In this document: positions 14,201 to 29,460 of the stretch, in pieces
Layout: each line of letters begins with the position of its first letter
How positions within the stretch are numbered: the first letter of the stretch is position 1
Source of the DNA: the human T2T-CHM13v2.0 reference genome, Homo sapiens
Length of the DNA stretch: 64,000 bases
Assembly (NCBI RefSeq): GCF_009914755.1
Contig: NC_060940.1
Strand: one strand, 5' to 3'
The notes under the pieces: generated by a model
The model's database searches: none
Told to the model about the DNA's origin: nothing
Seen by the model: only the letters and a program-made list of their open reading frames with translations
Program-made: the position numbers and the translations under genes

Positions 14201-17200
14201 TTCCATCTGATTCTATTCGAGGATTCCATTTGATTCCATTCGATGATGATTCCATTCGAGTCCATTCGATGATTTCATTCGAGTACATCCAATGATTCCA
14301 TTCGAGTCCATTTGATGATTCCATTTGATTCCATTTGATTATGATTCTACTAGAGTCCATTCAATGACTCCATTCGAGTCCATTCAACAATTCCATTCGA
14401 CTCCATTCGATGATTCCATTCGATTCCATTTGATGATTCCATTCGAGTCCATTTAATCATTACAGTCGAGTCCATTTGGTGATTCCGCTGGATTTCCTTT
14501 GATAATGATACCATTCAATTACATTTGATGATGATCCCATTCAATTTCATTTGATGATGATTCCATTAGAGTCCATTCGATGATTTTATTCGAGTCCCTT
14601 CATTGATTCCATCCGATTTCATTGGATGATGACTCCATTCGAGTCCATTCGATGATTCCACTCGATTCCATTAGATGATTCCATTGGAGTCCATTTGATT
14701 GTTCCATTCGATTCCATTCGATTCCTTTCGAAGATTATTCCATTTGAGTCCATTCGATGATGATTCCATTCCATTCCATTCGATGATTCCGTTTGATTCC
14801 ATTCGATGATTCCCTTCGATTCCTTTCTTTGATGATTCCATTCCATTCCATTCAATGATTCCATTCGAATCTATTCCATGATGATTCCTTTCGATTCCAT
14901 TCGCTGATGTTTCCGTTCAATTCCATTCGATGATGATTCCATTCGATTCCATTCATTGAGGATTCCATTTGATTCCATTCAATGATGATTCCATTCTATT
15001 CCATTCAATGATTGCATTCAATTCCATTCAATGATTATCCCATTAGAGTAAACTCAACGATTCCATTCAATACCATTCGATGATGATTCCTTTTGAGTCC
15101 ATTCAATGATTTCATTCAAGTCCATTTGATGATTCCTTTCAATTCCATTCTATGATGATTCCATTCGAGTCCATTCGATGATTCCATTCGATTGCATTCG
15201 ATGATTCCATTATATTCCATTCAACGATGATTCCATTCGAGTCCATTCGATGATTCCATTAGAGTACATTTAATGATTGCTTTGTTTTCAATTCGAAGAT
15301 GATTACATTCGATTCCATTCTATGATACCATTCGTTTCCATTCAATGATGACTCCACTCAAATCCATTGGATGATTCCATTCGTGTCCATTCGGTGATTT
15401 CATTAGATTCCATTCGAGGATGATTCCATTCGATTCCATTCGATGATTCCATTCAATTCCATTCGATGATGATTCCATTCGAGTCCATATGATCATTCCA
15501 TTTGATTTCATTCGATGATGATTCCATTCGATTCCATTCGACGATTCCATTCTATTCCATTCGATGATGATTCCATTCGAGTCCATTCGATGATTCCATT
15601 CGAGTCCATTTAATGATTCCATTGGGTTCAATTCAATGATGATTACATTGGATTCCGTTCTATGATTCCATTCAATTCCGTTCATTGACAATTTGATTCC
15701 ATTCGATGATGATTCCATTTGAGTTCATTCGATGATTCTATTCGATTCTCTTCGATGGTGATTCAATTCTATTATATTGGATGATTCCATTCGGTTCCAT
15801 TTGATGTTGATTCAATTCGATTCTATTCGATGATGATTCCATTGGATTTCACTTGATGATTCTATTCGATTCCATTCAATGATGATTCACTTCTCGTCCA
15901 TTGGATGATTCCATTTCATTCCATTCGATGATGATTCCATTCGATTCCATTCGATGATTCCATTTGATTCCATGCGACGGTGAGCAATTCGATTCAATTC
16001 CATGATGATTCTATTTGATTCAATTAGATGATGTTTCCATTCGAATCCATTCCATGATTATTCCATTGGAATCCATTCGGCGATGATTCCATATGAGTCA
16101 ATTCAATGATGATTCCATATGGGTCCGTTCGATGATAATTCCATTTGATTTCATTCGATGCTTCTATTCAATTCCAGTCGATGATGATTCCGTTGGAGTC
16201 CATACGATGATTCCATTTGATTTCATTTCATGATGATTCCATTCGGTGACGATTACATTGGATTCCATTCTATGATTCCATTCAATTCCATTCGTTGATG
16301 ATTCGATTCCATTCAATGATGATTCCATTTGAGTTCATTCGGTGATTCTATTCGATTCCATTCTATGGTGATTCAATTCTCTTATATTGGATGATTCGAC
16401 TCGATTCCATTTGATGATTATTCCATTGGAGTCCACTTAGTGAATCCTTTAGATTCTACTCGAAGATGATTCCATTCGAGTCCATTCGATGATACCATTC
16501 AATTCCATTCGTTGATGCTTCCATTCAAGTGCATTCGATGATATCATTCGATTCCATTTGATGATAATTCCATTTGATTCCATGCGATGATTCTATTCGA
16601 TTCCATTCAATGATAATTCCATTCAATTCAGTGATTCCTCTGGACTCCATTTGATGATGATTCCATTCAATGATTCCATTCGATTCTATTCGAAAATGAT
16701 TACATTTGAATCCATTTGATGACGATTCCATTCCATTCCATTTGATGATTCCATACTATTCTATTCGATGATGATTCCATTCGATTCCATTCGATGATGA
16801 TTGGATTCGATTCCATTTGATGATTTCATTTGATTCCATTCGTTAATGATTTCGATCAATTCCATTCGATGATTCCATTCGATTCCATTCGATAATGATT
16901 ACATCCGAGTCCATTCGATGATTCCATTTGAGCCTGTTCGATAATTCCATTTGAGTCCAACCAATGATTCCATTCATTTCCATTCAATGATTCCATTCGA
17001 GTCCATTTGATCATTCCGGTAGGGTCCATTCGATGTTGATTCCATTGGAGTGCATTCGATGATTCCATTCGAGTCCATTTTAGGATTTGATTCGAGTCCT
17101 TTCGATGATTCCATTCGATTCCACTCGATGATGATTTCATTCGAGTCCATTCGACACTTCCAATCGATTCCATTTGATGATTCCATTCGAGTCCTATTGA

Positions 17201-17324
17201 TGATTCCATTCAATTCCATTCGATGATGATTCCGTACGATTCCATTCTGTGATGATTCCATGTGATTGCATTCAATGATGATTCCTTTCGATTGCATTCG
17301 ATTATGATTCATTTCGTCTTCATT
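11263..17324 (+). repeat. HSat2 higher-order unit 3 (6062 bp, 49-bp-deletion lineage)
   Basis: Landmarks at 11263 and 17325; paralogous ORFs at 11344 and 17406. Confidence 0.9.
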
Positions 17325-20300
17325 CTATGGTTCCACAGGTTTCCATTCGTGTCCATTCCATTATTCCATTCTATTCCATTTGATGATGATTCCATTCGAT
17401 TCCATTCATTGGTGATTCCACTCAATTCCATTCAATGATTCCATTCCATTTCTTTCAACAATGATTCCATTAGTTTCTAATCGATGATCCACTTGATTCC
17501 ATTTGACGACGATTCCATTCTTGTCCATTCGATGATTCCATTTGATTCCATATGATGATGATTCCATTCGATTCCATACCATGATGATTCCATTCGAGTC
17601 CATTCAATGGTGATTCCATTCAATTCCATTCGATGATTCCTTTCGATTCCATTCGATGATGATGGCATTCGATTCCTTTCAATCATTCCCTTTGATTCCA
17701 TTCAAAGGTGATTTCATTCAAGTCCATTCGATAATTGCATTCGATTCCATTCTATGATGATTCCATTCGAGTCCATTTGATGATTCCATTCAATTCAAGT
17801 CAATGATGATTCCATTCGATTCCATTCGATGATTCCATTGGATTCCATTCGATGATGATTCCATTCAAATCCATTCGATAATTCAATTCAAGTCCATTCG
17901 ATGATGATTCCAATCGAATCCATTCAAAGATTCCATTCAGTTCCATTCGATGATTCCCTTGGATTCCATTCGATGATTCCACTTGATTGCATTTACGATG
18001 ATTCCATTCGATTCCATGTGATGATTCCATTCAATTCTATTCAATGATGTCTCCATTTGATTCCATTCGACCATGATTGCCTTTGATTCCATTCAATGAT
18101 TCCATTCGGTTCCGTTTGATGATGATTCCGTTCGATTCCATTTGATGATTCCATTTGATTCCATTGGATGAGTCCATTCGATTACATTCGATGATTATTC
18201 CATTCGAGTGCATTAGATGATTCCATTCGAGTCCATTCGATGATTCCATTCGATTCCATTCGATGTTGATTCTGTTCAAATCCATTCGATGATTCCACTC
18301 GATTCCATTCGTTGACTCCATTTGATCCCATTCGATGATTTCCTTTGATTCCCTTTGATGATCATTCCATTTGATTCAATTCGGTGATTTCATTTGATTC
18401 CATTCAGTGATGTTTCCATTCGACTCCATTCGATGATGATTCCATTCGACTCCATTCGATTATGATTTCATTCAATTCCATTCGATAATGATTCCCTTCG
18501 AGTCCATTCGATGATTCCATTCGATTCCATTCAACGATGATTTGATTCGTGTCCATTCGATGATTCCATTTGATTCCACTTGATGATGATTCCATTCGAG
18601 TCCATTTGATGATTCCATTCAATTCCATACTCCGATGATTTCTTTTGAGCCCACTCAATGCTTCCACTCGATTCCATATGATGATGACTCCATTCGATGA
18701 AATTCGATGATGATTCCATTCGCTTGCTTTCGATGATGATTCCACTTGAGTCCGTTAGAAGATTCTATTCAATTACATTCCATGACGATTCCGTTCGAGT
18801 CCATTTGATGATTCCATTAGACTCCATTCGACGATGATTCCATTCGATGTTATTCGATGATTCCATTCGATCTCATTCGATGATGATTCCATTAAACTCC
18901 ATTCGATGTTTCCATTCGAGTTCATTCTATTATTCCATTAGATTCCATTCGATGATGATTCCATTCGATTCCATTTGATGATTGCATTCTATTTCATTTG
19001 ATGATGATTCCATTCGAGTCCACTCGATGATTCCATTCGAGTCCATTTAATGAATCCATTGGTTTCAATTCTATGATGATTACATTGGATTCCATTCGTT
19101 GATGATTTCATTCGGTTCCATTCAATGATGATTCCATTCAATTCCTTTCAATGTTTCCATTCAATTCCATACGATGATGATTCCATTTGATTTGATTCGA
19201 CAGTGAGCCATTCGATTCAATTTCATGATGATTCTATTTATTCAATTGGTTGACATTTCCATTCGATTCCATTCGATGATGATTCCCTTTGATTCCATTC
19301 AAAGATGATTCCATTCTAGCCCATTCAATCATTCCATTCGATTCTATTCAATGATGATTCCATTCATGTCGATTTGGTGATTCCATTTGACTTCATTTGA
19401 TGATGATTCCTTTCAAGTTCATTAGATGATTCCATTCGATTCCATTTGATGATGATCCCATTCGAGTCCATTCAGTGATTCCACTCGTTTCCATTCCATG
19501 ATGATTCCATTCCATTCCATTCAATGATTCCATTCGATTCCGATGGATGATGATTTCATTCGAGTCCATTTGATGATTCCATTTGATTCCATTCGATGAT
19601 GATTCCATTCGAGTCCATTCGATGATTCTATTCGAATCCATTTGATGATTTCTTTTGATTATAGTTGGTGATGATTCCATTGGAGTCCATTCAATGATTC
19701 CATTCGATTCCAATCGATGGTGATTCCATTAGAGTCCATTTAATGATTCCATTTGATTCCAGTCTCTGATGATTACATTCGAGTCCATACGATGATTCCA
19801 CTCAATTCCATATGATGATGATTCCATTCGATTCCATTCGGTGATTCCATTCTATTCTATTCAGTGGTGATTCCATTCGAGTACATTAGATGATTCCATT
19901 CGATTCCATTCAATGATGATTCTATTTGTGTCCCTTAGATGATTCCACATGATTCCATTAGATGATGATACTATTTGAGCCCATCCAATGATTCCCTTCG
20001 ATTCCATTCGATGAGGATTCCATTCGATTCAATTCATTGGTGATTCTATTCAATTCAATTCTTTGATTCCATTCCATTCCATTCGACAATGATTCCATTC
20101 GATTTCTTTCGATGATTCCACTCGATTCCACTTGACATTGATTCCCTTCGATTCCATTCAATGATTCCATTTGATTCCAGTGGATGATGATTGCCATCGA
20201 TTCCATTCGATCACTCCATTCTATTCCATTTGATGATGATTACATTCGATTCCATTTGACGATTCCATCTGATTCTATTCGAGGATTCCATTTGATTCCA

Positions 20301-23300
20301 TTCGATGATGATTCCATTCGAGTCCATTCGATGATTTCATTCGAGTACATCCAATGATTCCATTCGAGTCCATTTGATGATTCCATTTGATTCCATTTGA
20401 TTATGATTCTACTAGAGTCCATTCAATGACTCCATTCGAGTCCATTCAACAATTCCATTCGACTCCATTCGATGATTCCATTCGATTCCATTTGATGATT
20501 CCATTCGAGTCCATTTAATCATTACAGTCGAGTCCATTTGGTGATTCCGCTGGATTTCCTTTGATAATGATACCATTCAATTACATTTGATGATGATCCC
20601 ATTCAATTTCATTTGATGATGATTCCATTAGAGTCCATTCGATGATTTTATTCGAGTCCCTTCATTGATTCCATCCGATTTCATTGGATGATGACTCCAT
20701 TCGAGTCCATTCGATGATTCCACTCGATTCCATTAGATGATTCCATTGGAGTCCATTTGATTGTTCCATTCGATTCCATTCGATTCCTTTCGAAGATTAT
20801 TCCATTTGAGTCCATTCGATGATGATTCCATTCCATTCCATTCGATGATTCCGTTTGATTCCATTCGATGATTCCCTTCGATTCCTTTCTTTGATGATTC
20901 CATTCCATTCCATTCAATGATTCCATTCGAATCTATTCCATGATGATTCCTTTCGATTCCATTCGCTGATGTTTCCGTTCAATTCCATTCGATGATGATT
21001 CCATTCGATTCCATTCATTGAGGATTCCATTTGATTCCATTCAATGATGATTCCATTCTATTCCATTCAATGATTGCATTCAATTCCATTCAATGATTAT
21101 CCCATTAGAGTAAACTCAACGATTCCATTCAATACCATTCGATGATGATTCCTTTTGAGTCCATTCAATGATTTCATTCAAGTCCATTTGATGATTCCTT
21201 TCAATTCCATTCTATGATGATTCCATTCGAGTCCATTCGATGATTCCATTCGATTGCATTCGATGATTCCATTATATTCCATTCAACGATGATTCCATTC
21301 GAGTCCATTCGATGATTCCATTAGAGTACATTTAATGATTGCTTTGTTTTCAATTCGAAGATGATTACATTCGATTCCATTCTATGATACCATTCGTTTC
21401 CATTCAATGATGACTCCACTCAAATCCATTGGATGATTCCATTCGTGTCCATTCGGTGATTTCATTAGATTCCATTCGAGGATGATTCCATTCGATTCCA
21501 TTCGATGATTCCATTCAATTCCATTCGATGATGATTCCATTCGAGTCCATATGATCATTCCATTTGATTTCATTCGATGATGATTCCATTCGATTCCATT
21601 CGACGATTCCATTCTATTCCATTCGATGATGATTCCATTCGAGTCCATTCGATGATTCCATTCGAGTCCATTTAATGATTCCATTGGGTTCAATTCAATG
21701 ATGATTACATTGGATTCCGTTCTATGATTCCATTCAATTCCGTTCATTGACAATTTGATTCCATTCGATGATGATTCCATTTGAGTTCATTCGATGATTC
21801 TATTCGATTCTCTTCGATGGTGATTCAATTCTATTATATTGGATGATTCCATTTGATGTTGATTCAATTCGATTCTATTCGATGATGATTCCATTGGATT
21901 TCACTTGATGATTCTATTCGATTCCATTCAATGATGATTCACTTCTCGTCCATTGGATGATTCCATTTCATTCCATTCGATGATGATTCCATTCGATTCC
22001 ATTCGATGATTCCATTTGATTCCATGCGACGGTGAGCAATTCGATTCAATTCCATGATGATTCTATTTGATTCAATTAGATGATGTTTCCATTCGAATCC
22101 ATTCCATGATTATTCCATTGGAATCCATTCGGCGATGATTCCATATGAGACAATTCAATGATGATTCCATATGAGTCAATTCAATGATGATTCCATATGG
22201 GTCCGTTCGATGATAATTCCATTTGATTTCATTCGATGCTTCTATTCAATTCCAGTCGATGATGATTCCGTTGGAGTCCATACGATGATTCCATTTGATT
22301 TCATTTCATGATGATTCCATTCGGTGACGATTACATTGGATTCCATTCTATGATTCCATTCAGTTCATTCGTTGATGATTCGATTCCATTCAATGATGAT
22401 TCCATTTGAGTTCATTCGGTGATTCTATTCGATTCCATTCTATGGTGATTCAATTCTCTTATATTGGATGATTCGACTCGATTCCATTTGATGATTATTC
22501 CATTGGAGTCCACTTAGTGAATCCTTTAGATTCTACTCGAAGATGATTCCATTCGAGTCCATTCGATGATACCATTCAATTCCATTCGTTGATGCTTCCA
22601 TTCAAGTGCATTCGATGATATCATTCGATTCCATTTGATGATAATTCCATTTGATTCCATGCGATGATTCTATTCGATTCCATTCAATGATAATTCCATT
22701 CAATTCAGTGATTCCTCTGGACTCCATTTGATGATGATTCCATTCAATGATTCCATTCGATTCTATTCGAAAATGATTACATTTGAATCCATTTGATGAC
22801 GATTCCATTCCATTCCATTTGATGATTCCATACTATTCTATTCGATGATGATTCCATTCGATTCCATTCGATGATGATTGGATTCGATTCCATTTGATGA
22901 TTTCATTTGATTCCATTCGTTAATGATTTCGATCAATTCCATTCGATGATTCCATTCGATTCCATTCGATAATGATTACATCCGAGTCCATTCGATGATT
23001 CCATTTGAGCCTGTTCGATAATTCCATTTGAGTCCAACCAATGATTCCATTCATTTCCATTCAATGATTCCATTCGAGTCCATTTGATCATTCCGGTAGG
23101 GTCCATTCGATGTTGATTCCATTGGAGTGCATTCGATGATTCCATTCGAGTCCATTTTAGGATTTGATTCGAGTCCTTTCGATGATTCCATTCGATTCCA
23201 CTCGATGATGATTTCATTCGAGTCCATTCGACACTTCCAATCGATTCCATTTGATGATTCCATTCGAGTCCTATTGATGATTCCATTCAATTCCATTCGA

Positions 23301-23401
23301 TGATGATTCCGTACGATTCCATTCTGTGATGATTCCATGTGATTGCATTCAATGATGATTCCTTTCGATTGCATTCGATTATGATTCATTTCGTCTTCAT
23401 T
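17325..23401 (+). repeat. HSat2 higher-order unit 4 (6077 bp = 6062 -10 +26 -1)
   Basis: Landmarks at 17325 and 23402. A 10-bp loss at ~21850, a 26-bp duplication at 22134-22185 and a 1-bp loss at ~22365 account exactly for the +15 bp. Confidence 0.9.
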
Positions 23402-26400
23402 CTATGGTTCCACAGGTTTCCATTCGTGTCCATTCCATTATTCCATTCTATTCCATTTGATGATGATTCCATTCGATTCCATTCATTGGTGATTCCACTC
23501 AATTCCATTCAATGATTCCATTCCATTTCTTTCAACAATGATTCCATTAGTTTCTAATCGATGATCCACTTGATTCCATTTGACGACGATTCCATTCTTG
23601 TCCATTCGATGATTCCATTTGATTCCATATGATGATGATTCCATTCGATTCCATACCATGATGATTCCATTCGAGTCCATTCAATGGTGATTCCATTCAA
23701 TTCCATTCGATGATTCCTTTCGATTCCATTCGATGATGATGGCATTCGATTCCTTTCAATCATTCCCTTTGATTCCATTCAAAGGTGATTTCATTCAAGT
23801 CCATTCGATAATTGCATTCGATTCCATTCTATGATGATTCCATTCGAGTCCATTTGATGATTCCATTCAATTCAAGTCAATGATGATTCCATTCGATTCC
23901 ATTCGATGATTCCATTGGATTCCATTCGATGATGATTCCATTCAAATCCATTCGATAATTCAATTCAAGTCCATTCGATGATGATTCCAATCGAATCCAT
24001 TCAAAGATTCCATTCAGTTCCATTCGATGATTCCCTTGGATTCCATTCGATGATTCCACTTGATTGCATTTACGATGATTCCATTCGATTCCATGTGATG
24101 ATTCCATTCAATTCTATTCAATGATGTCTCCATTTGATTCCATTCGACCATGATTGCCTTTGATTCCATTCAATGATTCCATTCGGTTCCGTTTGATGAT
24201 GATTCCGTTCGATTCCATTTGATGATTCCATTTGATTCCATTGGATGAGTCCATTCGATTACATTCGATGATTATTCCATTCGAGTGCATTAGATGATTC
24301 CATTCGAGTCCATTCGATGATTCCATTCGATTCCATTCGATGTTGATTCTGTTCAAATCCATTCGATGATTCCACTCGATTCCATTCGTTGACTCCATTT
24401 GATCCCATTCGATGATTTCCTTTGATTCCCTTTGATGATCATTCCATTTGATTCAATTCGGTGATTTCATTTGATTCCATTCAGTGATGTTTCCATTCGA
24501 CTCCATTCGATGATGATTCCATTCGACTCCATTCGATTATGATTTCATTCAATTCCATTCGATAATGATTCCCTTCGAGTCCATTCGATGATTCCATTCG
24601 ATTCCATTCAACGATGATTTGATTCGTGTCCATTCGATGATTCCATTTGATTCCACTTGATGATGATTCCATTCGAGTCCATTTGATGATTCCATTCAAT
24701 TCCATACTCCGATGATTTCTTTTGAGCCCACTCAATGCTTCCACTCGATTCCATATGATGATGACTCCATTCGATGAAATTCGATGATGATTCCATTCGC
24801 TTGCTTTCGATGATGATTCCACTTGAGTCCGTTAGAAGATTCTATTCAATTACATTCCATGACGATTCCGTTCGAGTCCATTTGATGATTCCATTAGACT
24901 CCATTCGACGATGATTCCATTCGATGTTATTCCATGATTCCATTCGATCTCATTCGATGATGATTCCATTCAACTCCATTCGATGTTTCCATTCGAGTTC
25001 ATTCTATTATTCCATTAGATTCCATTCGATGATGATTCCATTCGATTCCATTTGATGATTGCATTCTATTTCATTTGATGATGATTCCATTCGAGTCCAC
25101 TCGATGATTCCATTCGAGTCCATTTAATGAATCCATTGGTTTCAATTCTATGATGATTACATTGGATTCCATTCGTTGATGATTTCATTCAGTTCCATTC
25201 AATGATGATTCCATTCAATTCCTTTCAATGTTTCCATTCAATTCCATACGATGATGATTCCATTTGATTTGATTCGACAGTGAGCCATTCGATTCAATTT
25301 CATGATGATTCTATTTATTCAATTGGTTGACATTTCCATTCGATTCCATTCGATGATGATTCCCTTTGATTCCATTCAAAGATGATTCCATTCTAGCCCA
25401 TTCAATCATTCCATTCGATTCTATTCAATGATGATTCCATTCATGTCGATTTGGTGATTCCATTTGACTTCATTTGATGATGATTCCTTTCAAGTTCATT
25501 AGATGATTCCATTCGATTCCATTTGATGATGATCCCATTCGAGTCCATTCAGTGATTCCATTCGTTTCCATTCCATGATGATTCCATTACTTTCCATTCA
25601 ATGATTCCATTCGATTCCGTTTGATGATGATTTCATTCGAGTCCATTTGATGATTCCATTTGATTCCATTCAATGATGATTCCATTCGAGTCCATTCGAT
25701 GATTCTATTCGAATCCATTTGATGATTTCTTTTGATTATATTTGGTGATGATTCCATTGGAGTCCATTCAATGATTCCATTCTATTCCAATCGATGATGA
25801 TTCCATTAGAGTCCATTTAATGATTCCATTTGATTCCAGTCTCTGATGATTACATTCGAGTCCATACGATGATTCCACTCAATTCCATATGATGATGATT
25901 CCATTCGATTCCATTCGGTTATTCCATTCTATTCTATTCAGTGGTGATTCCATTCGAGTACATTAGATGATTCCATTCGATTCCATTCAATGATGATTCT
26001 ATTTGTGTCCCTTAGATGATTCCACATGATTCCATTAGATGATGATACTATTTGAGCCCATCCAATGATTCCCTTCGATTCCATTCGATGAGGATTCCAT
26101 TCGATTCAATTCATTGGTGATTCTATTCAATTCAATTCTTTGATTCCATTCCATTCCATTCGACAATGATTCCATTCGATTTCTTTCGATGATTCCACTC
26201 GATTCCACTTGACATTGATTCCCTTCGATTCCATTCAATGATTCCATTTGATTCCAGTGGATGATGATTGCCATCGATTCCATTCGATCACTCCATTCTA
26301 TTCCATTTGATGATGATTACATTCGATTCCATTTGACGATTCCATCTGATTCTATTCGAGGATTCCATTTGATTCCATTCGATGATGATTCCATTCGAGT

Positions 26401-29400
26401 CCATTCGATGATTTCATTCGAGTACATCCAATGATTCCATTCGAGTCCATTTGATGATTCCATTTGATTCCATTTGATTATGATTCTACTAGAGTCCATT
26501 CAATGACTCCATTCGAGTCCATTCAACAATTCCATTCGACTCCATTCGATGATTCCATTCGATTCCATTTGATGATTCCATTCGAGTCCATTTAATCATT
26601 ACAGTCGAGTCCATTTGGTGATTCCGCTGGATTTCCTTTGATAATGATACCATTCGATTACATTTGATGATGATCCCATTCAATTTCATTTGATGATGAT
26701 TCCATTAGAGTCCATTCGATGATTTTATTCGAGTCCCTTCATTGATTCCATCCGATTTCATTGGATGATGACTCCATTCGAGTCCATTCGATGATTCCAC
26801 TCGATTCCATTAGATGATTCCATTGGAGTCCATTTGATTGTTCCATTCGATTCCATTCGATTCCTTTCGAAGATTATTCCATTTGAGTCCATTCGATGAT
26901 GATTCCATTCCATTCCATTCGATGATTCCGTTTGATTCCATTCGATGATTCCCTTCGATTCCTTTCTTTGATGATTCCATTCCATTCCATTCAATGATTC
27001 CATTCGAATCTATTCCATGATGATTCCTTTCGATTCCATTCGCTGATGTTTCCGTTCAATTCCATTCGATGATGATTCCATTCGATTCCATTCATTGAGG
27101 ATTCCATTTGATTCCATTCAATGATTCCATTCTATTCCATTCAATGATTGCATTCAATTCCATTCAATGATTATCCCATTAGAGTAAACTCAACGATTCC
27201 ATTCAATACCATTCGATGATGATTCCTTTTGAGTCCATTCAATGATTTCATTCAAGTCCATTTGATGATTCCTTTCAATTCCATTCTATGATGATTCCAT
27301 TCGAGTCCATTCGATGATTCCATTCGATTGCATTCGATGATTCCATTATATTCCATTCAACGATGATTCCATTCGAGTCCATTCGATGATTCCATTAGAG
27401 TACATTTAATGATTGCTTTGTTTTCAATTCGAAGATGATTACATTCGATTCCATTCTATGATACCATTCGATTCCATTCAATGATGACTCCACTCAAATC
27501 CATTGGATGATTCCATTCGTGTCCATTCGGTGATTTCATTAGATTCCATTCGAGGATGATTCCATTCGATTCCATTCGATGATTCCATTCAATTCCATTC
27601 GATGATGATTCCATTCGAGTCCATATGATCATTCCATTTGATTTCATTCGATGATGATTCCATTCGATTCCATTCGACGATTCCATTCTATTCCATTCGA
27701 TGATGATTCCATTCGAGTCCATTCGATGATTCCATTCGAGTCCATTTAATGATTCCATTGGGTTCAATTCAATGATGATTACATTGGATTCCGTTCTATG
27801 ATTCCATTCAATTCCGTTCATTGACAATTTGATTCCATTCGATGATGATTCCATTTGAGTTCATTCGATGATTCTATTCGATTCTCTTCGATGGTGATTC
27901 AATTCTATTATATTGGATGATTCCATTCGATTCCATTTGATGTTGATTCAATTCGATTCTATTCGATGATGATTCCATTGGATTTCACTTGATGATTCTA
28001 TTCGATTCCATTCAATGATGATTCACTTCTCGTCCATTGGATGATTCCATTTCATTCCATTCGATGATGATTCCATTCGATTCCATTCGATGATTCCATT
28101 TGATTCCATGCGACGGTGAGCAATTCGATTCAATTCCATGATGATTCTATTTGATTCAATTAGATGATGTTTCCATTCGAATCCATTCCATGATTATTCC
28201 ATTGGAATCCATTCGGCGATGATTCCATATGAGTCAATTCAATGATGATTCCATATGGGTCCGTTCGATGATAATTCCATTTGATTTCATTCGATGCTTC
28301 TATTCAATTCCAGTCGATGATGATTCCGTTGGAGTCCATACGATGATTCCATTTGATTTCATTTCATGATGATTCCATTCGATGACGATTACATTGGATT
28401 CCATTCTATGATTCCATTCAATTCCATTCGTTGATGATACGATTCCATTCAATGATGATTCCATTTGAGTTCATTCGGTGATTCTATTCGATTCCATTCT
28501 ATGGTGATTCAATTCTCTTATATTGGATGATTCGACTCGATTCCATTTGATGATTATTCCATTGGAGTCCACTTAGTGAATCCTTTAGATTCTACTCGAA
28601 GATGATTCCATTCGAGTCCATTCGATGATGCCATTCAATTCCATTCGTTGATGCTTCCATTCAAGTGCATTCGATGATATCATTCGATTCCATTTGATGA
28701 TAATTCCATTTGATTCCATGCGATGATTCTATTCGATTCCATTCAATGATAATTCCATTCAATTCAGTGATTCCTCTGGACTCCATTTGATGATGATTCC
28801 ATTCAATGATTCCATTCGATTCTATTCGAAAATGATTACATTTGAATCCATTTGATGACGATTCCATTCCATTCCATTTGATGATTCCATACTATTCTAT
28901 TCGATGATGATTCCATTCGATTCCATTCGATGATGATTGGATTCGATTCCATTTGATGATTTCATTTGATTCCATTCGTTAATGATTTCGATCAATTCCA
29001 TTCGATGATTCCATTCGATTCCATTCGATAATGATTACATCCGAGTCCATTCGATGATTCCATTTGAGCCTGTTCGATAATTCCATTTGAGTCCAACCAA
29101 TGATTCCATTCATTTCCATTCAATGATTCCATTCGAGTCCATTTGATCATTCCGGTAGGGTCCATTCGATGTTGATTCCATTGGAGTGCATTCGATGATT
29201 CCATTCGAGTCCATTTTAGGATTTGATTCGAGTCCTTTCGATGATTCCATTCGATTCCACTCGATGATGATTTCATTCGAGTCCATTCGACACTTCCAAT
29301 CGATTCCATTTGATGATTCCATTCGAGTCCTATTGATGATTCCATTCAATTCCATTCGATGATGATTCCGTACGATTCCATTCTGTGATGATTCCATGTG

Positions 29401-29460
29401 ATTGCATTCAATGATGATTCCTTTCGATTGCATTCGATTATGATTCATTTCGTCTTCATT
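23402..29460 (+). repeat. HSat2 higher-order unit 5 (6059 bp = 6062 -3)
   Basis: Landmarks at 23402 and 29461. One ATG is lost at ~27121 (CAATGATTCC versus CAATGATGATTCC). Confidence 0.9.
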
